A stretch of 64,000 bases of DNA. Origin: Eledone cirrhosa (taxonomy: Eukaryota). The position numbers were made by a program, and so were the translations under genes. Shown piece by piece: positions 15,058 to 28,200 of the stretch; positions within the stretch are counted from its first letter, which is position 1; each line of letters starts with the position of its first letter. The stretch spans positions 106,764,001 to 106,828,000 of the forward strand of contig OZ024741.1 of NCBI GenBank assembly GCA_964016885.1. Direction: 5' to 3'. The notes below the pieces were generated by a model. The model was not told the origin of the DNA. It searched no databases and was given only the letters and a program-made list of their open reading frames with translations.

Positions 15058-15257
15058 NNNNNNNNNNNNNNNNNNNNNNNNNNNNNNNNNNNNNNNNNNN
15101 NNNNNNNNNNNNNNNNNNNNNNNNNNNNNNNNNNNNNNNNNNNNNNNNNNNNNNNNNNNNNNNNNNNNNNNNNNNNNNNNNNNNNNNNNNNNNNNNNNNN
15201 NNNNNNNNNNNNNNNNNNNNNNNNNNNNNNNNNNNNNNNNNNNNNNNNNNNNNNNNN
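15058..15257. other. Assembly gap (200 N)
   Basis: Run of N. Confidence 1.
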
Positions 15258-15639
15258 TATATATATATATATACTCATTTAAAACGAATATATAACTAAC
15301 CTTGCAATTCACACCTGATAAAATCGTCTAAGTCTTGCAACATGATCGCATGATGAAACTAGGCCATTGAAATACGTATTTTTCGTAAAATTAAAACTTT
15401 AAAGAATGTTTTCCGGTCAGGCCGTCTGTTGATTTTAAATGAATATTTAACTCCGTTCCCGCACCAGCAGCAGGTACCACATCTACTATGGATGATTTGC
15501 ATAACGTCTAGTGCCTTAATTTATAGCATCGTTATTTTTCTCATTCGAATGACCAGTTCTACCCTTTGGTAAACAGCACAACATAAATGGTATATATATA
15601 TAGAGAGAGAGATTTGGCTGTGTAGTTGTTAGATATGGT

Positions 15640-16223
15640 CCTCTTAAAAATAAGAAGAAAGCAAGAACGGGAGAAGTTTTCCTCATCAGTTGTCTGCTTG
15701 GGGTCTCGGATATTTCTACGCATTACGCTGTCACCCGTTTTCTCTCCCCTTCTACCTGCCTATTTTGTTGCTATCTACTCTTCCCTATCTTTCTTTCTCT
15801 CCCTTTCTCTCTCTCACTTTCACCCACCCTCTTTCTGCTAACCACGTCATTGTTTCGCTCGTCTGTCCCTCTAGTAGTCCTTTTCTCACTCACGAACTCG
15901 CAGGGGTCAGACGTGTCTTTTTGCTCGTCCGCACAATCTAGAACTTATGTTTAGTAATCGTCGTGGACTTCAATTTTCTCTCTTCGAGTTGCTCACACAC
16001 TCTTCGGTTTGTTGTTTCCCGTTCTTTTTCGGTGTTTTTCTCTTTTCTCTTTTCTCCCCTTTTCCCTTCTGTTATCTTATATTTGTTTTCCCAATAACTT
16101 ATCTAGTTATTGAACGCATTGTGGGTAGATATCTTGTCTTTAACGCGTAGAAATATCCGAGACCCCCAGCAGACAACTGATGAGGAAAACTTCTCCCGAT
16201 CTTGCTTTCTTCCTATTTTTAAG

Positions 16224-16225
<2 letters not shown>
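15640..16225. mobile_element. Fold-back element, ~85-bp inverted arms around a pyrimidine-rich spacer, right end at (TA)n
   Basis: gcaagaacgggagaagttttcctcatcagttgtctgct vs agcagacaactgatgaggaaaacttctcccgatcttgc. Confidence 0.6.
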
Positions 16226-16261
<36 letters not shown>

Positions 16262-17151
16262 AAAATGTGGGGTTTTTTAATGAAAAAAAAAACGAGATCT
16301 CCTACAAAGTGAAAGTATAAGGAAAAGAAATCGAAAATGCAACTGGAGTCTTTTTAAGAATATTTATTTGTTTCCTTTACCGGTTTCACAGTTGTTATGT
16401 TTTTCAAAATGCATGCATTTACACATATATGAATTTGTTAATATTTAATTTACATCTTATTTTCTTCGCTTATAACATTTATCAACCATCCAACTATCCT
16501 TTTAACCATCTAACCATCCAACCATCCATCTTTTCATCTGACCATCCAGCGATCTATTCCTCCAGCCACCTCCAAAACCATCACCATCAATCCATCCAAC
16601 TATTCCTCCAACCACACCATCAACCATCAACCATCAACCATCCCTCCTTCTAACCTTCCATCCATCCATCTATCCATCTAACCATCCAACTCACCCTCCC
16701 TCCATCTATGACAATGTTAGATGGAGGGAGGGTGAGCCAACCTATACATCTTCACCCACCTCTATCCATCCATTCAACGATTCCTTCCTCCAACCTATAC
16801 ACCAGCCATCCCACCATACAACCATACATACATCCCCTTCCTCCACCATCTATTCCACAGCCATCCACACCATTTCTATCGTTAGTAGCCAGGTAATTAG
16901 CTGTAGTGATTGCATTTTTCGATAGAACAGACACGTTCGGACAATGCCTAATTAGTATGCATGCAAGTCATATTGGTTTGATCGGTTTTATTGATCAGTG
17001 GCCGTACCTCCACAAGTCGATAACATCTTCAATTATAAGCTATCGGCAGGATCTGGTCAAATCACGCCTTATCACCTCAATAAAGAAAGAACTACGAAAA
17101 GAAAACTGCAAAAAGAAGAAAAAAGAAAAAAAAAAGAAGAAAAAAAAGCAC

Positions 17152-17217
<66 letters not shown>

Positions 17218-17558
17218 TAATAATGCTAAGTAATAAATAATAATAATAATATCCGGGAATAATGAAGATAATGATAATAATATAGTATAATGATAATAAT
17301 AAAAAAATAATGTTGACAGCAATAATGGTGATGATAAATAGTGACGGCGGTGTTACTGGTGAAGAGGACGATGGTGGGGATTAGGAGGATAATGGTGATG
17401 ATATTGGCTTAAGAGATGATGATGATGACGATGATGACGATAGTGTTAATTGTGATGATGGGGGCGATGGTGATAGCGATGGTGATGTTATGGATGGTGC
17501 TGCTGCTGCTGATAACAATGATAACGAGGAAGATGTTTTTTGATGATGATGATGATGT

Positions 17559-17611
<53 letters not shown>

Positions 17612-17795
17612 ATGGTGATGGTGGTGATGGTGATGGTGATGATGGTGATGATGGTGATGGTGAAGTTGATAATGATGTTGCTGCTGCTGCTGCTGCTGCT
17701 GCTGCAGCTGCTGATAATGATGGTGATGATGATCTTGATGATGATCTTGCTGCTGCTTCTGATGATGATGGTGATGATGATTTTGATGATTAACG

Positions 17796-17826
<31 letters not shown>

Positions 17827-17943
17827 TGTTGCTGATGATGATGATGATGATGATGACGTTGTTCACGATGCTCATGATGATGATGTTGATGAAGATGATG
17901 ACGACGATGATGATGATGATGATGACGATGATGATGATGATGT

Positions 17944-17974
<31 letters not shown>

Positions 17975-19160
17975 CGTGATGACGACGATGATGATGATAC
18001 GAATAATAATTACAGCCTAGAATAATAGTAAAAGTTGTAATGTAATGACAGACTAATAGAAAAGACAGTGAAATTATGGGAGGTTGAGGGGGGAAAGACA
18101 ACACAGCCTGACCTCAGCAGATAGGAAATGAAGATATAGAGAAGGTGGTGGGGGAAGTAGGGGGAGTAGCAATGGGGGAGGGGGGCAGAGGATTACGGTG
18201 TGTAGTTTGATGAGATGGAAATATAAGGATGACGGTGATGATGATGGTGATGGTGATGGTGGTGATGATAGTGGTGTTGATGACGATGGTGATGGTGATG
18301 AGGGTAATGATGATGACAGTGATGATGATGGTGATGGTGATGGTGATGAGGGTAATGATGATGACAGTGATGATGATGGTGATGGTGATGGTGATGAGGG
18401 TAATGATGATGACGGTGATGATGACGGTGATGATGATGGTGATGGTGATGGTGATGAGGGTAATGATGATGACGGTGATGATGATGGTGATGGTGATGAG
18501 GGTAATGATGATGACGGTGATGATGATGGTGATGGTGATGGTGATGAGGGTAATGATGATGACGGTGATGATGACGGTGATGATGATGGTGATGGTGATG
18601 GTGATGAGGGTAATGATGATGACGGTGATGATGATGGTGATGATGATGGTGATGGTGATGGTGATGAGGGTAATGATGATGACGGTGATGATGATGGTGA
18701 TGGTGATGAGGGTAATGATGATGACGGTGATGATGATGGTGATGATGATGGTGATGGTGATGGTGATGATGATGGTGGTGATGGTGATGATGGTGATGCT
18801 GATGGTTATGATGACGATGGTGATGGTGATGAGGGTAATGATGATGATGGTGATGGTGATGGTGGTGGTGATGGTGGTGATGATGGTGGTGATGGTGATG
18901 ATGATGGTGGTGATGGTGATGATGGTGATGCTGATGGTTATGATGACGATGGTGATGGTGATGAGGTTAATGGTGATGAGGGTATTGATGATGATGGTGA
19001 TGATGATGATGATAATGGTGATAATGATGATGATAATGGTGATGATGATGATGATGATAATTGTGATGATGATGATAATGGTGATGATGATAATGATGAT
19101 AATGGTGATGATGATGGTGATGATGATGATGGTGATGATGATGGTGATGATGATGATGAT
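17152..19160. repeat. Compound trinucleotide tracts (AAT, GAT, GCT) grading into a ~39-57-bp GAT/GGT minisatellite (18230-19160)
   Basis: Recurring marker gatgagggtaatgatgatgacggt. Confidence 0.95.
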
Positions 19161-19289
19161 GCGGGGGAGAAGAAAGATGGGAGAAGAAAAAAAGAAAATG
19201 AAAAAAAACAACAACCATAAATACAGCAGAGCAAAGAAAAAAGATGAAGAAGATGAAGAAAGAAAAAGAAGATGAAGGAACGGATGACA

Positions 19290-22200
19290 ATGGAGAAGAC
19301 GAGGGAGAAGACGAGGGAGAGATGAGTGAGAGACGAGGGAGAAGACGAGGGAGAAGACGAGGGAGAGATGAGGGAGAGACGAGGGAGAGACGAGGGAGAA
19401 GACGAGGGAGAAGACAAGGGAGAAGACGAGGGAGAAGACGAGGGAGAAGACGAGGGAGAAGAGGAGGGAGAGACGAGGGAGAGACGAGGGAGAAGACGAG
19501 GGAGAAGACGAGGGAGAAGACGAGGGAGAAGACGAGGGAGAAGACGAGGGAGAAGACGAGGGAGAAGAGGAGGGAGAGACCAGGGAGAAGACGAGGGAGA
19601 AGACGAGGGAGAAGACGAGGGAGAGACGAGGGAGAAGACGAGGGAGAAGACGAGGGAGAAAACGAGGGAGAAGACGAGGGAGAAGACGAGGGAGAAGACG
19701 AGGGAGAAGACGAGGCAGAAGACGAGGGAGAAGACGAGGGAGAGACGAGGGAGAAGACGAGGGAGAAGACGAGGGAGAAGACGAGGGAGAGACCAGGGAG
19801 AAGACGAGGGAGAGACGAGGGAGAAGACGGGGGAGAAGACGAGGGAGAAGAGGAGGGAGAGACCAGGGAGAAGACGAGGGAGAGACGAGGGAGAAGACGA
19901 GGGAGAAGACGAGGGAGAAGACGAGGGAGAAGACGAGGGAGAAGAGGAGGGAGAGACCAGGGAGAAGACGAGGAAGAAGACGAGGGAGAAGACGAGGGAG
20001 AAGACGAGGGAGAAGACGAGGGAGAGACGAGGGAGAAGACGAGGGAGAAGACGAGGGAGAAGAGGAGGGAGAGACGAGGGAGAAGACGAGGGAGAAGACG
20101 AGGGAGAAGACGAGGGAGAGACGAGGGTGAAGACGAGGGAGAAGACGAGGGAGAAGACGAGGGAGAAGACGAGGGAGAAGAGGAGGGAGAGACGAGGGAG
20201 AAGACGAGGGAGAAGACGAGGGAGAAGACGAGGGAGAGACGAGGGAGAAGACGAGGGAGAAGACGAGGGAGAAGACGAGGGAGAAGACGAGGGAGAAGAG
20301 GAGGGAGAGACGAAGGAGAGACGAGGGAGAAGACGAGGGAGAAGACGAGGGAGAAGACGAGGGAGAAGACGAGGGAGAAGACGAGGGAGAAGATGAAGGA
20401 GAGACGAGGGAGAAGACGAGGGAGAGACGAGGGAGAAGACGAGGGAGAGACGAAGGAGAAGACGAAGGAGAGACGAGGGAGGAGACGAGGGAGAAGACGA
20501 GGGAGAGACGAGGGAGAAGACGAGGGAGAGACGAGGGAGAGACGAGGGAGAAGACGAGGGAGAAGAGGAGGGAGAGACGATGGAGAGACGAGGGAGAAGA
20601 CGAGGGAGAAGACGTGGGAGAGATGAAGGAGAAGACGAGGGAGAGACGAGGGAGAAGACGAGGGAGAAGACGAGGGAGAAGACGAGGGAGAAGACGAGGG
20701 AGAAGACGAGGGAGAGACGAGGGAGAAGACGAGGGAGAGACGAGGGAGACGACTAGGGAGAAGATGAGGGAGAAGACGAGGGAGAGACGAGAGAGAAGAC
20801 GAGGGAGAAAACGAGGGAGAAGACGAGGGAGAAACGAAGGAGAATATGAGGAAGAGACGAGGGAGAGACGAAGGAGAAGACGAGGGAGAGACGAGGGAGA
20901 GACGAGGGAGAAGACGAGGGAGAAGACGAGGGGGAGACGAGGGAGTGAGAGGGAGAAGAGGAGGGAGAAGACGAGGGAGAGACGAGGGAGAAGACGAGGG
21001 AGAGACGAGGGAGAAGACGAGGGAGAGACGAAGGAGAAGACGAAGGAGAGACGAGGGAGAAGACGAGGGAGAGACGAGGGAGAATACGAGAGAGAAGATG
21101 AGGGAGAAGACGAGGGAGAAGACGAAGGAGAGACGAGGGAGAAGACGAGGGAGAAGACGAAGGAGAGACGAGGGAGAAGACGAGGGAGAAGATGAGGGAG
21201 AGACGAGGGAGAATACGAGAGATGAGACGAGGGAGAAGACGAGGGAGAGACGAGGGAGAAGACGAGGGAGAATACGAGGGAGAGACGAGGGAGAAGACGA
21301 GGGAGAATACAAGGGAGAAGACGAGGGAGAAGACGAGGGAGAGACGAGGAGAAGATGAGGGAGAGACGAGGGAGAAGACGAGGGAGAATACAAGGGAGAA
21401 GACGAGGGAGAGACGAGGAGAAGACGAGGGAGAGACGAGGGAGAAGATGAGGGAGAGACGAGGGAGAAGACGAGGGAGAGACGAGGGAGAAGATGAGGGA
21501 GAGACGAGGGAGAGACGAGGGAGAAGACGAGGGAGAAGACGAAGGAGAGACGAGGGAGAATATGAGAGAGAAGATGAGGGAGCAGACGAGGGAGAGACGA
21601 GGGAGAAGACGAGGGAGAATACGAGGGAGAGACGAGGGAGAAGACGAGGGAGAATACAAGGGAGAAGACGAGGGAGAAGACGAGGGAGAGACGAGGGAGA
21701 AGATGAGGGAGAGACGAGGGAGAAGACGAGGGATAGACGAGGGAGAAGACGAGGGAGAAGACGAAGGAGAGACGAGGGAGAAGACGAGGGAGAGACGAGG
21801 GAGAGACGAGGGAGAAGACGAGGGAGAATACGAAGGAGAGACGAGGGAGAAGACGAGGGAGAATACAAGGGAGAAGACGAGGGAGAAGACGAGGGAGAGA
21901 CGAGGGAGAAGATGAGGGAGAGACGAGGGAGAGACGAGGGAGAAGACGAGGGAGAGACGAGGGAGAAGATGAGGGAGAGACGAGGGAGAGACGAGGGAGA
22001 GACGAGGGAGAGATGAGCCAGAGACGAGGGAGAAGACGAGGGAGAGACGAGGGAGAAGACGAGAGAGAGCCGAAGGAGAGACGAGGGAGAGACGAGGGAC
22101 AGATGAGGGAGAGACGAGGGAGAGACGAGGGAGAAGAGGAGGGAGAAGACGAGGGAGAGACGAGGGAGATTACGAGGGAGAAGACGAGGGAGAGACGAAG

Positions 22201-25200
22201 GAGAAGACGAGGGAGAGACGAGGGAGAGACGAGGGAGAAGTCGAGGGAGAAGACGAGGGAGAAGAGGAGGGAGAGACGAGGGAGAGACGAGGGAGACGAC
22301 TAGGGAGAAGACGAGGGAGAAGACGAGGGAAAAAAAGAGGGAGAAGAAGAGGGAGAGATGAGGGAGAAGACGAGGGAGAAGACGAGGGAGAGCCGAGGGA
22401 GAAGACGAGGGAGAAGACGAGGGAGAGACGAGGGAGAGACGAGGGAGAGATGAGGGAGAAGACGAGGGAGAAGACGAGGGAAAAGACGAGGGAGAAGACG
22501 AGGGAGAGACGAGGGAGAGATGAGGGAGAGACGAGGGAGAATATGAGGGAGAAGACGAGGGAGAAGACGAGGGAGAAGACGAGGGAGAGACGAGGGAGAG
22601 ATGAGGGAGAGACGAGGGAGAATATGAGGGAGAAGACGAGGGAGAAGACGAGGGAGAGACGAGGGAGAGATGAGGGAGAGACGAGGGAGAATATGAGGGA
22701 GAAGACGAGGGAGAAGACGAGGGAGAAGACGAGGGAGAGACGAGGGAGAAGACGAGGGAGAGACGAGGGAGAAGATGAGGGAGAGACGAGGGAGAGACGA
22801 GGGAGAAGACGAGGGAGAAGACGAAGGAGAGACGAGGGAGAATACGAGAGAGAAGATGAGGGAGAAGACGAGGGAGAGACGAGGGAGAAGACGAGGGAGA
22901 ATACGAGGGAGAGACGAGGGAGAAGACGAGGGAGAATACAAGGGAGAAGACGAGGGAGAAGACGAGGGAGAGACGAGGGAGAAGATGAGGGAGAGACGAG
23001 GGAGAAGACGAGGGAGAATACAAGGGAGAAGACGAGGGAGAGACGAGGGAGAGACGAGGAGAAGATGAGGGAGAGACGAGGGAGAAGACGAGGGAGAATA
23101 CGAGGGAGAGACGAGGGAGAAGACGAGGGAGAATACAAGGGAGAAGACGAGGGAGAAGACGAGGGGGAGACGAGGGAGAAGATGAGGGAGAGACGAGGGA
23201 GAAGACGAGGGAGAATACAAGGGAGAAGACGAGGGAGAAGACGAGGGAGAGACGAGGAGAAGATGAGGGAGAGACGAGGGAGAAGACGAGGGAGAATACA
23301 AGGGAGAAGACGAGGGAGAGACGAGGAGAAGACGAGGGAGAGACGAGGGAGAAGATGAGGGAGAGACGAGGGAGAAGACGAGGGAGAGACGAGGGAGAAG
23401 ATGAGGGAGAGACGAGGGAGAGACGAGGGAGAAGACGAGGGAGAAGACGAAGGAGAGACGAGGGAGAATATGAGAGAGAAGATGAGGGAGCAGACGAGGG
23501 AGAGACGAGGGAGAAGACGAGGGAGAATACGAGGGAGAGACGAGGGAGAAGACGAGGGAGAATACAAGGGAGAAGACGAGGGAGAAGACGAGGGAGAGAC
23601 GAGGGAGAAGATGAGGGAGAGACGAGGGAGAAGACGAGGGATAGACGAGGGAGAAGACGAGGGAGAAGACGAAGGAGAGACGAGGGAGAAGACGAGGGAG
23701 AGACGAGGGAGAGACGAGGGAGAAGACGAGGGAGAATACGAAGGAGAGACGAGGGAGAAGACGAGGGAGAATACAAGGGAGAAGACGAGGGAGAAGACGA
23801 GGGAGAGACGAGAGAGAAGATGAGGGAGAGACGAGGGAGAGACGAGGGAGAAGACGAGGGAGAGACGAGGGAGAAGATGAGGGAGAGACGAGGGAGAGAC
23901 GAGGGAGAGACGAGGGAGAGATGAGCCAGAGACGAGGGAGAAGACGAGGGAGAGACGAGGGAGAAGACGAGAGAGAGCCGAAGGAGAGACGAGGGAGAGA
24001 CGAGGGACAGATGAGGGAGAGACGAGGGAGAGACGAGGGAGAAGAGGAGGGAGAAGACGAGGGAGAGACGAGGGAGATTACGAGGGAGAAGACGAGGGAG
24101 AGACGAAGGAGAAGACGAGGGAGAGACGAGGGAGAGACGAGGGAGAAGTCGAGGGAGAAGACGAGGGAGAAGAGGAGGGAGAGACGAGGGAGAAGATGAG
24201 GGAGAGACGAGGGAGAAGACGAGGGATAGACGAGGGAGAAGACGAGGGAGAAGACGAAGGAGAGACGAGGGAGAAGACGAGGGAGAGACGAGGGAGAGAC
24301 GAGGGAGAAGACGAGGGAGAATACGAAGGAGAGACGAGGGAGAAGACGAGGGAGAATACAAGGGAGAAGACAAGGGAGAAGACGAGGGAGAGAAGAGGGA
24401 GAAGATGAGGGAGAGACGAGGGAGAGACGAGGGAGAAGACGAGGGAGAGACGAGGGAGAAGATGAGGGAGAGACGAGGGAGAGACGAGGGAGAGACGAGG
24501 GAGAGATGAGCCAGAGACGAGGGAGAAGACGAGGGAGAGACGAGGGAGAAGACGAGAGAGAGCCGAAGGAGAGACGAGGGAGAGACGAGGGACAGATGAG
24601 GGAGAGACGAGGGAGAGACGAGGGAGAAGAGGAGGGAGAAGACGAGGGAGAGACGAGGGAGATTACGAGGGAGAAGACGAGGGAGAGACGAAGGAGAAGA
24701 CGAGGGAGAGACGAGGGAGAGACGAGGGAGAAGTCGAGGGAGAAGACGAGGGAGAAGAGGAGGGAGAGACGAGGGAGAGACGAGGGAGACGACTAGGGAG
24801 AAGACGAGGGAGAAGACGAGGGAAAAAAAGAGGGAGAAGAAGAGGGAGAGATGAGGGAGAAGACGAGGGAGAAGACGAGGGAGAGCCGAGGGAGAAGACG
24901 AGGGAGAAGACGAGGGAGAGACGAGGGAGAGACGAGGGAGAGATGAGGGAGAAGACGAGGGAGAAGACGAGGGAAAAGACGAGGGAGAAGACGAGGGAGA
25001 GACGAGGGAGAGATGAGGGAGAGACGAGGGAGAATATGAGGGAGAAGACGAGGGAGAAGACGAGGGAGAAGACGAGGGAGAGACGAGGGAGAGATGAGGG
25101 AGAGACGAGGGAGAATATGAGGGAGAAGACGAGGGAGAAGACGAGGGAGAGACGAGGGAGAGATGAGGGAGAGACGAGGGAGAATATGAGGGAGAAGACG

Positions 25201-28200
25201 AGGGAGAAGACGAGGGAGAAGACGAGGGAGAGACGAGGGAGAAGATGAGGGAGAGACGAGGGAGAGACGAGGGAGAGACGAGGGAGAGATGAGCCAGAGA
25301 CGAGGGAGAAGACGAGGGAGAGACGAGGGAGAAGACGAGAGAGAGCCGAAGGAGAGACGAGGGAGAGACGAGGGACAGATGAGGGAGAGACGAGGGAGAG
25401 ACGAGGGAGAAGAGGAGGGAGAAGACGAGGGAGAGACGAGGGAGATTACGAGGGAGAAGACGAGGGAGAGACGAAGGAGAAGACGAGGGAGAGACGAGGG
25501 AGAGACGAGGGAGAAGTCGAGGGAGAAGACGAGGGAGAAGAGGAGGGAGAGACGAGGGAGAAGATGAGGGAGAGACGAGGGAGAAGACGAGGGATAGACG
25601 AGGGAGAAGACGAGGGAGAAGACGAAGGAGAGACGAGGGAGAAGACGAGGGAGAGACGAGGGAGAGACGAGGGAGAAGACGAGGGAGAATACGAAGGAGA
25701 GACGAGGGAGAAGACGAGGGAGAATACAAGGGAGAAGACAAGGGAGAAGACGAGGGAGAGAAGAGGGAGAAGATGAGGGAGAGACGAGGGAGAGACGAGG
25801 GAGAAGACGAGGGAGAGACGAGGGAGAAGATGAGGGAGAGACGAGGGAGAGACGAGGGAGAGACGAGGGAGAGATGAGCCAGAGACGAGGGAGAAGACGA
25901 GGGAGAGACGAGGGAGAAGACGAGAGAGAGCCGAAGGAGAGACGAGGGAGAGACGAGGGACAGATGAGGGAGAGACGAGGGAGAGACGAGGGAGAAGAGG
26001 AGGGAGAAGACGAGGGAGAGACGAGGGAGATTACGAGGGAGAAGACGAGGGAGAGACGAAGGAGAAGACGAGGGAGAGACGAGGGAGAGACGAGGGAGAA
26101 GTCGAGGGAGAAGACGAGGGAGAAGAGGAGGGAGAGACGAGGGAGAGACGAGGGAGACGACTAGGGAGAAGACGAGGGAGAAGACGAGGGAAAAAAAGAG
26201 GGAGAAGAAGAGGGAGAGATGAGGGAGAAGACGAGGGAGAAGACGAGGGAGAGCCGAGGGAGAAGACGAGGGAGAAGACGAGGGAGAGACGAGGGAGAGA
26301 CGAGGGAGAGATGAGGGAGAAGACGAGGGAGAAGACGAGGGAAAAGACGAGGGAGAAGACGAGGGAGAGACGAGGGAGAGATGAGGGAGAGACGAGGGAG
26401 AATATGAGGGAGAAGACGAGGGAGAAGACGAGGGAGAAGACGAGGGAGAGACGAGGGAGAGATGAGGGAGAGACGAGGGAGAATATGAGGGAGAAGACGA
26501 GGGAGAAGACGAGGGAGAGACGAGGGAGAGATGAGGGAGAGACGAGGGAGAATATGAGGGAGAAGACGAGGGAGAAGACGAGGGAGAAGACGAGGGAGAG
26601 ACGAGGGAGAAGACGAGGGAGAGACGAGGGAGAAGATGAGGGAGAGACGAGGGAGAGACGAGGGAGAAGACGAGGGAGAAGACGAAGGAGAGACGAGGGA
26701 GAATACGAGAGAGAAGATGAGGGAGAAGACGAGGGAGAGACGAGGGAGAAGACGAGGGAGAATACGAGGGAGAGACGAGGGAGAAGACGAGGGAGAATAC
26801 AAGGGAGAAGACGAGGGAGAAGACGAGGGAGAGACGAGGGAGAAGATGAGGGAGAGACGAGGGAGAAGACGAGGGAGAATACAAGGGAGAAGACGAGGGA
26901 GAGACGAGGAGAAGACGAGGGAGAGACGAGGGAGAAGATGAGGGAGAGACGAGGGAGAAGATGAGGGAGAGACGAGGGAGAGACGAGGGAGAAGACGAGG
27001 GAGAAGACGAAGGAGAGACGAGGGAGAATACGAGAGAGAAGATGAGGGAGAAGACGAGGGAGAGACGAAGGAGAAGACGAGGGAGAATACGAGGGAGAGA
27101 CGAGGGAGAAGACGAGGGAGAATACAAGGGAGAAGACGAGGGAGAAGACGAGGGAGAGACGAGGGAGAAGATGAGGGAGAGACGAGGGAGAAGACGAGGG
27201 ATAGACGAGGGAGAAGATGAGGGAGAGACGAGGGAGAGACGAGGGAGAAGACGAGGGAGAGACGAGGGAGAAGACGAGGGAGAAGGCGAAGGAGAGACGA
27301 GGGAGAAGACGAGGGAGAGACGAGGGAGAAGACGAGGGAGAAGACGAAGGAGAGACGAGGGAGAATACGAGAGAGAAGATGAGGGAGAGACGAGGGAGAA
27401 TACGAGAGAGAAGACGAGGGAGAAGGCGAGCGAGAGACGAGGGAGAAGACGAGGGAGAATACGAGGGAGAGACGAGGGAGAAGACGAGGGAGAATACAAG
27501 GGAGAAGACGAGGGAGAAGACGAGGGAGAGACGAGGGAGAAGATGAGGGAGAAGACGAGGGAGAGACGAGGGAGAAGACGAGGGAGAGACGAGGGAGAAG
27601 ACGAGGGAGAAGACGAGGGAGAGACGAGGGAGAAGACGAGGGAGAAGATGAGGGAGAGACGAGGGAGAATACGAGAGAGAAGACGAGGGAGAAGACGAGG
27701 GAGAAGACGAGGGAGAAAACGAGGGAGAATACGAGGGAGAGACGAGGGAGAAGACGAGGGAGAATACAAGGGAGAAGACGAGGGAGAAGACGAGGGAGAG
27801 ACGAGGGAGAAGACGAGGGAGAAGACGAGAGAGAGAGGAGGGGGAGACGAGGGAGGGACAAGATGAGGGAGAGACGAGGGAGAATACGAGAGAGAAGACG
27901 AGGGAGAAGACGAGGGAGAGACGAGGGAGAAGACGAGGGAGAATACGAGGGAGAATACGAGGGTGAATACAAGGGAGAAGACGAGGGAGAAGACGAGGGA
28001 GAGACGAGGGAGAAGATGAGGGAGAGACGAGGGAGAAGACGAGGGAGAGACGAGGGAGAAGATGAGGGAGAGACGAGAGAGAGACGAGGGAGAAGACGAG
28101 GGAGAGACGAGGGAGAAGACGAGGGAGAAGACGAAGGAGAGACGAGGGAGAAGACGAGGGAGAGACGAGGGAGAAGACGAGGGAGAAGACGAGGGAGAAG

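Noticed and set aside
16176-16200. CTGATGAGG as a hammerhead core
   Set aside because: No GAAA, stem III or cleavage site follows. The same applies to ~60535 (-).
16890-17110. Possible host exon in unique sequence
   Set aside because: No convincing splice pair with an open frame, and no recognisable protein.
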